From: an uncultured Gammaproteobacteria bacterium
Lineage (GTDB): Bacteria > Patescibacteriota > Patescibacteriia > Magasanikbacterales > UBA922
DNA: 64,000 nucleotides
Reading direction: 5' to 3'
NCBI GenBank assembly: GCA_964522405.1
Contig: CAZFTR010000002.1
Coordinates: 8,032-72,031, forward strand
Position 1 is the first letter of the stretch; each line of letters starts with the position of its first letter. Under the pieces are notes generated by a model. That model had not been told where the DNA came from and ran no database searches. It saw only the letters and a program-made list of their open reading frames with translations. The position numbers and the translations under genes were made by a program. Shown piece after piece: positions 18,401 through 27,977 of this stretch.

Positions 18401-20002
18401 GCAAGTAGTGCTGACACTGATTTGACAAGCTTTATGCTAGTTGATTCAGAAGATGGTACTCAATATGGTGTTACTAAGAACCTTACAAATGGTACAGCTG
18501 ATTACGCAACATTTAGTGGTATTGATAATCTAACTGTCCCAATGGGTGACACAAAGATTCTATACGTAAAAGCAAATGTTGACGGATCTTCTGGTACTTA
18601 TTATGTAGGTACTGCTGCTATTACAAATATTGTTGCTGCCGGTAAAGTTTCCGGTACTTCAGCAACTATTTCTGGTACAGGTAGTGGTGCTGCTAATGCT
18701 ATTCAATCTGTTGCTACATTGACTTTTGCTACTGACGCTTCTAACCCAAGTGAAAGAGTAATGGCAGTTGGTGCAAGTGGAAATAGTGATCCAGAAACAA
18801 TGCTAGTAATGTCTGTTGACGGTCTTTACGAAGATGTTGATATTACTAAGCTTGTATTCCGCATGAATGCAGCTACTGGTGACTCTGCACAGAACTTCTT
18901 TGCTGATAATGGTCTAAAACTTTATCACAAAGTTGGTACAGGTAGTGAGAAACTAATTGATAGTGCTCCTATTGTATCTTCTACTGCAGCTGTTCTTGGA
19001 GCTTACTATACAGCTACATTCAACATCACTGAGGGTGATCTAAGAGTTGGAGAATCAGATGATAATTTGTTAGTACTTAAAGCTAAATTCAAAGGTACAG
19101 CTGGAAGTGCTCTAACATCTGGTACAAGTCCAAGCTTTATCTTCGGTGACAGCACAAATGCAAATGACAGCTTATTCATTGAAGCTAAAGGTGTAAGTTC
19201 ACAAACAGCACTTGATGACGCACAATACAACACTACAAGTGGTTTGAATGTTGCTGGTAATCAAATTGTTGCTTACAAAGCTTACCCAACATTCACTTAC
19301 GTAAATCCAGGTACTACTCTAGTAAATGGTAGTGAGAACAATGTATACAGATTCAAAGTTAAAGCTAATGGTGGTAATGTTGCTCTTAAACAATTATCAT
19401 TTACTATTGACGTAGTTGATAATGTAGGAACAACAAATGCTGCTGCAACAGCAGACTTTGGTCTTCACACTTGGAAGCTATACCGAATTTCAAAAGACGG
19501 TACAGCTGAAAATACAGATCTTACAGACAATGTTGCTTTGATTACAAATGCAAATGCTAGCATCGAAGGTTCTACAAATGTGCTTGCTACATCATCTGCT
19601 AACACTATCTACTCTGTATGGACAGGTACAAATGAAGAGCAAGTTCCATCAGGAAGTGAATACACTTATGAACTTCGCGCAACTTCAGTTGGATTCTCAA
19701 CTGATGCTGACAACGATTACATTCGTGTACGTCTAGCTAACAGCGACACTACTGAGTTGACACAAAACGATTCTCCATATTATCTAACTGCTAACTCTGA
19801 TTACAGTGATATTATAGAATTGGGTGATTCTAGCCAGGCTAATACAAGTACAGCTACTTTGGTATGGTCTGATAGAAATGCCAATGGACACTCAGCAGCT
19901 ACTGGTACTTATGCCGGTGGTACAGCTACTTCAACAGGTGACTGGTTTAACGGGTACAAGATTAAAGATACTCCAACAAACTACTCACAGTTGGTACGCT
20001 AA
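15491..20002 (+). CDS. large secreted cell-surface protein (S-layer/adhesin-like, T/G/A/V-rich beta-repeat architecture)
   Basis: 1503 aa. Signal peptide MNDMKKFGKKLFTGVVTGLTAFSMSFGAFLPAVVHAAEE. Low-complexity T/S/G/A/V-rich sequence throughout with recurring ~100-aa segments. Strong terminator downstream. Sits after the sigma/anti-sigma pair. Confidence 0.7.
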   Translation: MNDMKKFGKKLFTGVVTGLTAFSMSFGAFLPAVVHAAEECPSVQAGDLIKTTEKSDVYYIDANMKRMPFLNSEVFLSHYEDWTGVMAIPPSCISSFLPSTGVVYRPGSRLFKTEVDAAVYAVLPGNKAYHLADPDVATALYGADWEKSLRTVSDSFTLALNFDASQKLDMSVPHAGQLVKTEGDDVYYVSAEGKLQKVEGDLAAGLAADVETVSQTVFDAAEMDDAANTVTASSLLGNPDTVTTTSGDTDAGDTDGDTDTPAAAGTLTVTLAGNTPAPGYVAKGAYNAEFAKFVFKATGGDVRVDKIVIKRDGLGVDADIDAVRLYDGAMQLGSDQALNTNTHLATFKNLNWDLSSGDEKTLTVKADTNSSPSGTNDYFEISELELEGEGSLTADLPLAGNALQYHSVTMGVLDVNDLTSPGATTVISGATDVQVQCLNFDTNSAEGFDVKSIKLTNNGTIGNSQINKFVLKQGADVLATVDGGFESDGTVTFDMNDSPYYIAKSKSKDLCVYVDIAEGISLTTRTIIMNLAEAKDVVAVGDSSKGQVVITIDDATPFTEQTGQTMTVDQGTLTVAFNTATAPVAADLVDGVAGNKLGAFKFTAGSTEGMKVTRFRLTASGTGVAAADLSNFELFVYDPDTSEETQVGSSQSMSGLNVTFEDTVDGLFDVAAGKNVIVHLYGDVNTAATWTGSTTVAGMNLYVGGTNTNLIVKAKGLKSEKFVAAGDITLSSVNQNDTGVVQFGNSDNGALVISLDNSAPGATSISTGVTDYDFAHYRLYATGEDVNVTQLVVRAYNTSGTGSTASTTGDITNVKLYDITDADNPVQVGTTVASPALGVSTFSFTMTVPKDSYKVLKAVADIPTGSGSDFMHLDVPGAGTVADDISSTGAYSGIDITETGSATGRLMTVATPTITVSWASGATNNVVTNANGVTLGALQLTAGQYENVKVTSIKIEASSSTVASGNFAEGASSADTDLTSFMLVDSEDGTQYGVTKNLTNGTADYATFSGIDNLTVPMGDTKILYVKANVDGSSGTYYVGTAAITNIVAAGKVSGTSATISGTGSGAANAIQSVATLTFATDASNPSERVMAVGASGNSDPETMLVMSVDGLYEDVDITKLVFRMNAATGDSAQNFFADNGLKLYHKVGTGSEKLIDSAPIVSSTAAVLGAYYTATFNITEGDLRVGESDDNLLVLKAKFKGTAGSALTSGTSPSFIFGDSTNANDSLFIEAKGVSSQTALDDAQYNTTSGLNVAGNQIVAYKAYPTFTYVNPGTTLVNGSENNVYRFKVKANGGNVALKQLSFTIDVVDNVGTTNAAATADFGLHTWKLYRISKDGTAENTDLTDNVALITNANASIEGSTNVLATSSANTIYSVWTGTNEEQVPSGSEYTYELRATSVGFSTDADNDYIRVRLANSDTTELTQNDSPYYLTANSDYSDIIELGDSSQANTSTATLVWSDRNANGHSAATGTYAGGTATSTGDWFNGYKIKDTPTNYSQLVR

Positions 20003-20060
20003 TCACTTCGGTGACAGTTCAGTTTGTAAAGAGCGAGTAATTGCTTGATACAAAACAATT

Positions 20061-20094
20061 CACCCCGACTTAGGTCGGGGTGTTTTGTTTTTTT
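20061..20094 (+). terminator. rho-independent terminator
   Basis: Perfect 9-bp stem CACCCCGAC with loop TTAG and GTCGGGGTG, followed by TTTTGTTTTTTT. Confidence 0.8.
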
Positions 20095-20209
20095 GGACTT
20101 TACTTTTTTCAAAGAAAATACTATAATACTTTGGAATAATTTGCTAGAATTAGCCTAAAAAGTCTTTTCTAGCCTTTTTGACTTTAGTTATTAATTTTTT
20201 TAGTAGATT

Positions 20210-22423
20210 ATGACCAGTGATAGATTGAGGAGAGTCGGGCAATATATTGCCTATATTAGTTTTTTGGTACCTTTGGTAATTGTACCTAATAGTTTTATTT
20301 TTCCTTTTATTGTTCCGAAGGCGTTACTATTTAGAAGTGTAGTTTTGATCCTTTTGGCTATGTCTGCTGCGATTTATTTTTCTGAGCGGAAACAAAAGCA
20401 AGTAAAAGTTGGTAGATCTTGGTTATCATGGGCAATTGCTGCCTTTTTTACCAGTATGGTTGTTTCTACTTTTGTGGGTGTAGACTGGTATAGAAGTTTT
20501 TGGGATAATCAAGAGAGGATGTTGGGTCTTTTCACTTTACTTCATTATGGAGCTTTTTTCTTGATCTGTAGCTATCTGTTTCGAACTTATGATGAGTGGA
20601 AAAAAGCTTTTTTGGTTTTTTGTGGTGTGGGAATGGTTGTAATTGGTATTGGTCTGGTTCAAAAGATTTTTCCAAATTTTCTCTATAATAGAGGAGCCGG
20701 ACGTGTCACCTCTACTTTTGGAAATACTATTTATCTGGGTGGTTATGGGCTTTTCTTATTTTTTATTGGCTGGTTTTTTGCCATCAAAGAAAAGATCAAT
20801 TGGAGTAAATGGTTTTTTGCCCTATCTTCAGTTCTAGGTTTGGTTGCTATTTTTATTTCCGGAACCAGGGGAACTTTATTGGGATTATTGGTAGCCGGTA
20901 TTGTCTGCGCTCTGATGTATGGATTTCTTTTTAAAAATCATCAGAAATTAAGAAAAAGCATTTTAATCGCACTTTCAGTTGTTTTGGTTTTGGGTGTTAT
21001 TTCTTTTGCTTTCAAAAATACCGGTTTTGTAAAAAGTATTCCGGTTGTTAACAGATTGGTTTCTATTTCTCCTTTTGAAGGATCAGCTAATACCCGTTTA
21101 ATGGCTTGGGAGATTGCAGTTGAGTCTTGGCAAGAAAAACCGATTTTTGGTTGGGGCCCGAATAATTTTTATTATGCTTTTAATAAGTATTATAATCCGG
21201 AGTTTCTCAAACATGGTTTTCAGGAAACCTGGTTTGACAATGCCCACAATGTGCTGCTCAACACCCTGAATACTCAAGGATTATTTGGTATTGTCTCTTA
21301 TTTATCTATTTTTGTAATAGCTTTTCTATTTCTGTGGAGGATGTTCAAAGAAAATCAGGATGATATTCATCTCTTTATTTTGGGTACGGGATTTTTGGTG
21401 GGTCATACTATCCATAATTTTTTTGTATTTGAAAATATCAGTTCTTATCTCTATTTATTTTTGTTTTTTGCTTTTGTGAAGGTGATGAGAAAGAGACTGA
21501 AAGAAACAGAATACCAAGAGATACAAGGAAGAGTGAATATCATATCTTTGACAGTATTTTTGTTTTTGTCAGTTTTGGGAATATTTTTGACCAATGTTAA
21601 TGTGGCTCGAGCAAATATAAATGGTTACCATGCCAGAGGATTGTTTAGAGTTGGTCAGGTTGATGAAGCATTAGTTCGATATGATAAGATCGCTACTGCA
21701 GGAAGCCCATATGAGGGAGATATTGATTGGGATTTTGCTTCTGATATTTTGAATGTCTTAGGGATTATTTATAATGATCACAGTATAAGTGGAGCAAGAG
21801 AGCTCTATGATATTGCTATCAAAGGTATAGAATCAGTCATAGAGAAACATCCTCAGGATGTGCGAGCCAGATTACTATATATGGATTACTTACGCAGTGG
21901 AGGATTGGTTTTATTTGAATTGCCGGTTGAAGAGACAATAAAAGAAAATTTAAAAATTTCTTATCAACTTTCTCCAGAAAGGCAACAGATCAAATATGCT
22001 GAAATTACTTACCTAGCCGGAATAGGGGAGATGGAAAAAGCAATACAAATGGCTGGAGATTTTTTGGCTGAGGACAATATGATTGCTGAGAGTTATTATA
22101 CTTTGGCTAGACTGTATCTTTTTGATGCTCAGTATTTAGAAATTGTTCCATTGTTGGATAAGGCAATCAGGAAAGGTGTAAGTTTTGGTGATGGGACACA
22201 TATGATATTTATGGCCGAAGCATACGAAAGAGATGGTAGGTTTCTAGATTCAATGTACTGGTTTAGGAGGGCATATTTTTCAACCGGAAATGTAGAATTA
22301 TTAAAAAAAGCTGAACAGCTTTCTCGTGAAACCAAAAAACCTGTTCCAACTGCTGTGGATGAATTCTTTAATTTTGAAGAGCCAAAAGCACTGGACACTG
22401 CCAGTACTGATAATCTAAATTAA
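20210..22423 (+). CDS. O-antigen ligase (Wzy_C/WaaL-PglL-like) domain membrane protein with C-terminal TPR repeats
   Basis: 737 aa, multi-TM. Contains the Wzy_C motif region GTRGTLLGLLVAG...RLMAWEIAVESWQEKPIFGWGPNNFYYAFNKYY. The soluble C-terminal domain has TPR-like helices. Confidence 0.8.
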   Translation: MTSDRLRRVGQYIAYISFLVPLVIVPNSFIFPFIVPKALLFRSVVLILLAMSAAIYFSERKQKQVKVGRSWLSWAIAAFFTSMVVSTFVGVDWYRSFWDNQERMLGLFTLLHYGAFFLICSYLFRTYDEWKKAFLVFCGVGMVVIGIGLVQKIFPNFLYNRGAGRVTSTFGNTIYLGGYGLFLFFIGWFFAIKEKINWSKWFFALSSVLGLVAIFISGTRGTLLGLLVAGIVCALMYGFLFKNHQKLRKSILIALSVVLVLGVISFAFKNTGFVKSIPVVNRLVSISPFEGSANTRLMAWEIAVESWQEKPIFGWGPNNFYYAFNKYYNPEFLKHGFQETWFDNAHNVLLNTLNTQGLFGIVSYLSIFVIAFLFLWRMFKENQDDIHLFILGTGFLVGHTIHNFFVFENISSYLYLFLFFAFVKVMRKRLKETEYQEIQGRVNIISLTVFLFLSVLGIFLTNVNVARANINGYHARGLFRVGQVDEALVRYDKIATAGSPYEGDIDWDFASDILNVLGIIYNDHSISGARELYDIAIKGIESVIEKHPQDVRARLLYMDYLRSGGLVLFELPVEETIKENLKISYQLSPERQQIKYAEITYLAGIGEMEKAIQMAGDFLAEDNMIAESYYTLARLYLFDAQYLEIVPLLDKAIRKGVSFGDGTHMIFMAEAYERDGRFLDSMYWFRRAYFSTGNVELLKKAEQLSRETKKPVPTAVDEFFNFEEPKALDTASTDNLN

Positions 22424-22428
22424 TATTT

Positions 22429-24465
22429 ATGAAGAATAGTACATTTGAAAAATTTGTAAAAGTCCTAATAGGTTTGAGTTTTTTTGTTCCTCTGATAGTT
22501 TTGCCAAATCAGTTTATTTTTCCTTTTATTGTTCCTAAAATCGTTTTGTTTAGAATTATTACCATGTTGATGTTGGCTGGCTATCTAGTGCTTTTACTTG
22601 GGGATTCGGAGAAATATAAATTAAAAGCAACTCCTCTGAATATAGTAATTGGTTTATTTTTCTTAAGTTTTGCTATTTCCACTTTTGTGGGTGTGGATTG
22701 GTATAGAAGTTTTTGGGATAATCATGAGAGGATGCTGGGGCTTTTTACTTTTTTTCATTATATTCTTTATTATTATATCTTGACTACGGTGATTAGAAGC
22801 AAAGAGGAATGGAAAGTTTTTTTGAGATGGTTTTTGTCAGCAGGAATGTTGGTTATGATTATTGCGCTATGGCAGAGATTTGTTGATCCTGAAGCTCTCT
22901 TGAATAGAAACGCAAATCGTGTATCAGCAACTTTAGGAAATCCTATTTATCTAAGTGGTTATGGTTTGTTCATGTTTGCTGTTGGATCGTTGCTTGCTTT
23001 TCAAGAGAAGATAAGAACAACTTGGTGGTATTTTGCTCTGATTGGGTTATTTCTAGGTTTTTTTGGAATCTTTTTGGGTGGAACCAGAGGTACTTTGATA
23101 GGTCTGCTGCTAGGAATTGGAGTTCTTTTCCTTTCTTATTTCTTTTTGGTAAAGAGTGAAAAAATTAAGAGAATTTTTGGTATTTTTATACTTCTTGCTC
23201 TGATCATTGGTGGTTCTTTGTTTGCCTTTAGGCAGACTGATTTTGTAAAAGGCATCCCTACTGTTGGTCGCTTGGTAAATATTTCTTTGACTAGTGGAAC
23301 TGCTGAAACTCGTATAATGGCTTGGGGTATTGCAGTTGAATCTTGGCAAGAAAAACCAATTTTTGGTTGGGGTCCAAATAATTATTATTATGCTTTTAAT
23401 AAGTTTTACCGCCCGGAGTTTCTGGAGCATGGATTTGGTGAAACCTGGTTTGACAATGCACATAATATTGTCATGAATACCTTATCAGTGCAGGGCAGTG
23501 TTGGTTTGCTGCTTTATTTTGGTATTTTTGCAATTGCTTTTTATGCTGTTTTAAGAGGTTATAAGGATGGGAAAATAAGCGAGCATACAACTGCCATAAG
23601 CTTTGCTTTTTTAGTTGCACATTTTATTCATAATGTTTTTGTTTTTGAAAATCCTACGTCTTATCTTTATTTTTTCTTCTTTTTAGCATTTATAAATCAT
23701 CTCTCCTTGTTTCCTGGCAAAGAAAAAGAAACAAATAAAAATGTCTCTACAATTACAAAAACAATGATATTTTTGGTATTTTTATTAGTGATATTTATAA
23801 CGAACATAAATCCAGCCAGAGCAAATATGGCCATGTTGGATACAATTTATGCTATTTATCATGGGCAAAAAGATTCTATTGAGTTATATAGTAAGGCAAC
23901 TTCTATCCCTTCTCCACATGTTGATGATATTCGAAATGATTTTGCCAGATCTGTTTTGCAAGTCATGAATCAGTATATTCAAAAAGGGCTTAATGAACAG
24001 GCTTCAAAACTCTATGATTTAGCTCAGGCTGAATTGCAAAAAAATAGAATTTTACATCCTGATGATATTAGGGCGCATATCCAACAGGCTGAGTTAGCTC
24101 TTGGTGCTGCTCAATATTTGCAAAAAATAGAATTTGTATCTTTTGCTGAAACAGCACTTGATGATGCCCTAGTAAAATCTCCAAAGCGTCAGCAGATTCA
24201 CTATATGTTGGCAGGTGTAAAAGCACAGCTTGGAAAAATAGATCAATCTGTGAAAATATTACAAACCAGTGTAGATCAAGATCCAAAAATTATAGAAGGT
24301 TGGTGGCGTTTGGCACTAATGTATTATAGTGGTGGGAAACCGGAAATTGCCAATCAGATAATTTCTAAGGCTGAAAATGAACATGGAATTGTCTGGGATG
24401 CAAGAGCTGAAGAGGCATTGCAAGTCATTAGAACAGCGGTAAATTCTACAGTAACCTCTTCTTAA
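22429..24465 (+). CDS. O-antigen ligase (Wzy_C)-TPR membrane protein, tandem paralog of the preceding gene
   Basis: 678 aa with the same architecture and near-identical motif RIMAWGIAVESWQEKPIFGWGPNNYYYAFNKFY. The N-terminal IVLPNQFIFPFIVPKIVLFR is shared with the upstream paralog. Confidence 0.8.
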   Translation: MKNSTFEKFVKVLIGLSFFVPLIVLPNQFIFPFIVPKIVLFRIITMLMLAGYLVLLLGDSEKYKLKATPLNIVIGLFFLSFAISTFVGVDWYRSFWDNHERMLGLFTFFHYILYYYILTTVIRSKEEWKVFLRWFLSAGMLVMIIALWQRFVDPEALLNRNANRVSATLGNPIYLSGYGLFMFAVGSLLAFQEKIRTTWWYFALIGLFLGFFGIFLGGTRGTLIGLLLGIGVLFLSYFFLVKSEKIKRIFGIFILLALIIGGSLFAFRQTDFVKGIPTVGRLVNISLTSGTAETRIMAWGIAVESWQEKPIFGWGPNNYYYAFNKFYRPEFLEHGFGETWFDNAHNIVMNTLSVQGSVGLLLYFGIFAIAFYAVLRGYKDGKISEHTTAISFAFLVAHFIHNVFVFENPTSYLYFFFFLAFINHLSLFPGKEKETNKNVSTITKTMIFLVFLLVIFITNINPARANMAMLDTIYAIYHGQKDSIELYSKATSIPSPHVDDIRNDFARSVLQVMNQYIQKGLNEQASKLYDLAQAELQKNRILHPDDIRAHIQQAELALGAAQYLQKIEFVSFAETALDDALVKSPKRQQIHYMLAGVKAQLGKIDQSVKILQTSVDQDPKIIEGWWRLALMYYSGGKPEIANQIISKAENEHGIVWDARAEEALQVIRTAVNSTVTSS

Positions 24466-24467
24466 TT

Positions 24468-25265
24468 TTGTTGATTATGGAAATTAAAGTTTCAGTGATA
24501 ATGTCTGCCTACAATGCTGAGCAGTTCATAGCTCAGGCAGTTGATAGTATTTTGGCTCAAAGCTTTGGAGATTTTGAATTGATTATTATTAATGACGGTT
24601 CAGCGGATCGTACTAAATCCATAATCGAACAATATGTTCAACAGGATTCCAGGATAGTACTTCTTGATCAAGAAAATACTGGCTTAACCAAAGCGCTTAA
24701 TAATGGTATAAAGATTGCTCGAGGGAATTATATTGCTAGGATGGATGCTGATGATATTGCAGAGCCTGATAGGCTTGAGAGGCAATATCAATTTATGGAA
24801 AAAAATTCAGAGTATGCTCTTTGCGGATCTAGAGCTTGGTTTATAGACGAAAATAATAAAAAATTATTTAAGAAAGAACTTCCAATTACAAATGATAGTA
24901 TAAAAAAGAAATTATTGTTTAATAATCAATTTGTTCATAGTAGCTTGTTTATAAGAAAAAGTATTTTGGATGAAATGGGATTCTATAATGAAGATTTTAA
25001 GAAAAGTCAGGATTATGAATTGGTTTTGAGATTTGCCAGTAAATATCAGATTGCAAATCTGGAAGACTGCTTGGTCTTATGGAGAGTTAATAGCAAATCC
25101 ATTTCTTGGTCAAGTAAAAATCAGGAAAAAGATGCAATTCGGGCTCGATGGTTGGCGGTGAGGAAGTATAATTATAGTTTTGTGAAGGGTGTAGCTAATA
25201 TTGTTTTGCGTCTAGCATGGATGATTGTTCCGCAGAGTATTAAAATGAAAAGACATGTTAAGTAG
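24468..25265 (+). CDS. glycosyltransferase family 2 (GT2)
   Basis: VSVIMSAYNAEQFIAQAVDSILAQSFGDFELIIINDGSADRT and a DAD motif (ARMDADD). Confidence 0.85.
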   Translation: MLIMEIKVSVIMSAYNAEQFIAQAVDSILAQSFGDFELIIINDGSADRTKSIIEQYVQQDSRIVLLDQENTGLTKALNNGIKIARGNYIARMDADDIAEPDRLERQYQFMEKNSEYALCGSRAWFIDENNKKLFKKELPITNDSIKKKLLFNNQFVHSSLFIRKSILDEMGFYNEDFKKSQDYELVLRFASKYQIANLEDCLVLWRVNSKSISWSSKNQEKDAIRARWLAVRKYNYSFVKGVANIVLRLAWMIVPQSIKMKRHVK

Positions 25266-25276
25266 TAATAAATAAA

Positions 25277-26200
25277 ATGAAAATATCTGTAATTATTCCA
25301 ACTCTAGATAGGGGAGAAGAGCTTAAAAGACTTTTTGTTTCTTTTGGTTTGCAGACAAAAAAGCCCTTTGAGATTATTGTAGTAGATCAGGGAAGAGAGA
25401 ATCTCTCTCGATTGATTGCTAAATATCAGGAGTTGAAAATAGTTCATAAAAAAGTAGATTTTCAGTCACTTACTAAGGCCAGGAATTTTGGTGTAAAAAT
25501 TGCCCAAGGAGATATAATTTCTTTTCTTGATGATGATATTATTTTGGATAAAAATTATATAAAATCGATTGAAAGTTTTTTTGAAGAGCGTCCCCAAGCT
25601 CTAGGTGTACAAGGGGTGATTACTGATTTTGAAAAAGGTCATAGAAAAAAAGTAGGTGGTGGCAAGTTGGTATATTTTTTATATAATTGGTTTGCTAAGT
25701 TTTTTTTGCTTAACAATTCCAGTAAAAAGAATAAATTGCTTTGGTCAGGTAGAAATCAATATGCTAGTCGAGTAGAAGATGTTTCGTCTTGTGAATGGTT
25801 GAGTGGTATTGGTAATTATAAAAAAGAGGTTTTTACTGAATTTAGTTTTGACGAGAAATTAAAAAAATATGCTCTTGGAGAAGATAAATTATTTTCTTAT
25901 CCAATTTTTGAAAAATATGGAAAAGTATTATTTGTTGATTCTAAAATTTTATGTGAACATAGACATGCTGAAGATGGGCGCCCAAAGGAAAAGGAGTGGG
26001 TTGAAATGAAAATAACTTATACTTATTATCTTTGGAATAAATTATTTAGAAAAAAAGGTTTTCTGGCTTTTCTGGCATTTTACTGGGCTAATTTTGGGGA
26101 TTTACTGTTGGTTTTATTTTCAGCTTTTCTGAGACAAAATAGTTTTAAATTTTGGTGGTGGCATCTCCAAAAATACTTTAGTTCTGATAAGAAAATATGA
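25277..26200 (+). CDS. glycosyltransferase family 2 (GT2)
   Basis: MKISVIIPTLDRGEELKRL...ISFLDDDIILD. Confidence 0.8.
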   Translation: MKISVIIPTLDRGEELKRLFVSFGLQTKKPFEIIVVDQGRENLSRLIAKYQELKIVHKKVDFQSLTKARNFGVKIAQGDIISFLDDDIILDKNYIKSIESFFEERPQALGVQGVITDFEKGHRKKVGGGKLVYFLYNWFAKFFLLNNSSKKNKLLWSGRNQYASRVEDVSSCEWLSGIGNYKKEVFTEFSFDEKLKKYALGEDKLFSYPIFEKYGKVLFVDSKILCEHRHAEDGRPKEKEWVEMKITYTYYLWNKLFRKKGFLAFLAFYWANFGDLLLVLFSAFLRQNSFKFWWWHLQKYFSSDKKI

Positions 26201-27342
26201 CAGAAGATAAAAAATTAAAAGACTTGCATATTGGTTTATTATTTTCCTATGGTTTGTCTCTCAAAAAGTGGAACAAGGCCGGTCTTCTGTTTCGTGATAC
26301 TCAACTTTATACTGAACTGCAAAAACAAGGTGCAAAGGTTTCTTTTATAACTTATGGAGATAAATTGGAAAAAGAATTGGCTAATAAGGTTGGAATTTCT
26401 GTTATCAGCAATACAGAGAAATTATTTCAACCTTTTTATTATATTTTTTTGAATTTATTAAAATTTAGGGAACTGAAAAAAATTGATGTGATTAAATCAC
26501 ATCAATTTATCGGAGTTTGGCCAGCAGTGTTGTTGAAAGTATTTTTTGGAAAAAAATATATAGCTCGTGGAGGCTATATTCCCAGCTTTTTTGCAAAAAA
26601 CAGTGGTAAAAAGGGAGTAAAGTCTTCTCTGAAATATATTTTGGCAGTTATTGATGAGTTTATGGTCTGCAAATTTGCTGACGCAGTGGTTGTACCTAGT
26701 CAGGAAGAAATTGATTACTTGAAAAGTAAATATAATTTGAAGGATAAAAAAGCAAAAATCAATACTAATTGGATTGATACTGATTTGTTTAAGCCAGATC
26801 AGAAGATTGAAAAAAAGTCCAGAAGCATTGTTTTTGTGGGTAGATTTGAAACTCAAAAAAATCCCTTAATGTTTTTGGAAAGTATAAAGAATATTGAAAA
26901 TTTGAAAGCAACCATGATTGGGGCGGGGAGTTTTTTAAGCGAAATGCAAAAATTTATTAAAAAAAATAATATTAATTGTCAGGTCTACACTGATAGGATT
27001 GCCAATAATGATCTTCCGGAAATACTGAATAAACATGAGATTTATGTTTTACCAACCAGGTTTGAAGGTGGTAGCCCCAAGACCATACTTGAGGCCATGT
27101 CTTGTGGATTACCGATAATTTCTACAGATACTTTTGGAACCAAAAATGCTTTTATAGACAAAAAACACGGTATTAAAGTGGAGTTGAAAGTAGAGAGTAT
27201 AGAAAAGGCTGTAAAATACCTATTGGCAAATCCGAATGAGCGAAAAAAGTTTGGTGAGCAGGCTCGTGACCACATAAAAGAAAATTTTTCTCTGGAAAAA
27301 GTTTTGAATCGAGAACTGGAAATTATAAATTTAATAATTTAG
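26197..27342 (+). CDS. glycosyltransferase family 4 (GT4)
   Basis: FEGGSPKTILEAMSCGLPIISTD is the E-x7-E motif. ATGA overlap with the upstream gene. Confidence 0.85.
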   Translation: MTEDKKLKDLHIGLLFSYGLSLKKWNKAGLLFRDTQLYTELQKQGAKVSFITYGDKLEKELANKVGISVISNTEKLFQPFYYIFLNLLKFRELKKIDVIKSHQFIGVWPAVLLKVFFGKKYIARGGYIPSFFAKNSGKKGVKSSLKYILAVIDEFMVCKFADAVVVPSQEEIDYLKSKYNLKDKKAKINTNWIDTDLFKPDQKIEKKSRSIVFVGRFETQKNPLMFLESIKNIENLKATMIGAGSFLSEMQKFIKKNNINCQVYTDRIANNDLPEILNKHEIYVLPTRFEGGSPKTILEAMSCGLPIISTDTFGTKNAFIDKKHGIKVELKVESIEKAVKYLLANPNERKKFGEQARDHIKENFSLEKVLNRELEIINLII

Positions 27343-27345
27343 TTT

Positions 27346-27972
27346 ATGAATAAGTTTTGGCTTAAAATTTTTGTGGCTTTGCATAATGTCAGTTATAAAA
27401 TTATCAGTAAATTGGCAATAAGACTTAATGGTGGAGTTCATCCCAAGCATAAAATCTTAAATTACCATCAATTTTTTGTGGATAATATTAGAGAAACTGA
27501 AAATATTATTGATATTGGCTGTGGAAAGGGAGAAAATGCTTTTGATATCGCCGGCAAAGCCAAGACTGTCTTGGGTGTGGATCTAAAATCAAGCAATATT
27601 GAATATGCTCAAAAACATCATTCAAAATCAAATTTGGAGTATAAAGTAATGGATGTGGTCAAAGAGCCACTTGAGCAAAAATTTGATAAAATTGTGCTTT
27701 CCAATGTGCTTGAGCACATAGAGCAAAGAGTGGAATTTCTGATTAAATTAAGTGAGATTTCAGATTGTATTTTACTTCGTGTGCCTATGATTTCAAGAGA
27801 TTGGCTAAGTGTTTATAAAAAAAACATGGGATTGGAGTACAGACTTGATCCAACACATTTCATTGAATACACTCGGAGTATTCTCGAAGATGAATTGAAA
27901 AGTTCAGGTTGGGAGATTGAAAATTATACTATTGAATTTGGAGAATTTTTAGTGGTTATAAAACGCAAATAA
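27346..27972 (+). CDS. class I SAM-dependent methyltransferase
   Basis: IIDIGCGKGENAFDIAGKAKTVLGVDL is a glycine-rich SAM motif I. Confidence 0.75.
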   Translation: MNKFWLKIFVALHNVSYKIISKLAIRLNGGVHPKHKILNYHQFFVDNIRETENIIDIGCGKGENAFDIAGKAKTVLGVDLKSSNIEYAQKHHSKSNLEYKVMDVVKEPLEQKFDKIVLSNVLEHIEQRVEFLIKLSEISDCILLRVPMISRDWLSVYKKNMGLEYRLDPTHFIEYTRSILEDELKSSGWEIENYTIEFGEFLVVIKRK

Positions 27973-27977
27973 TATTT

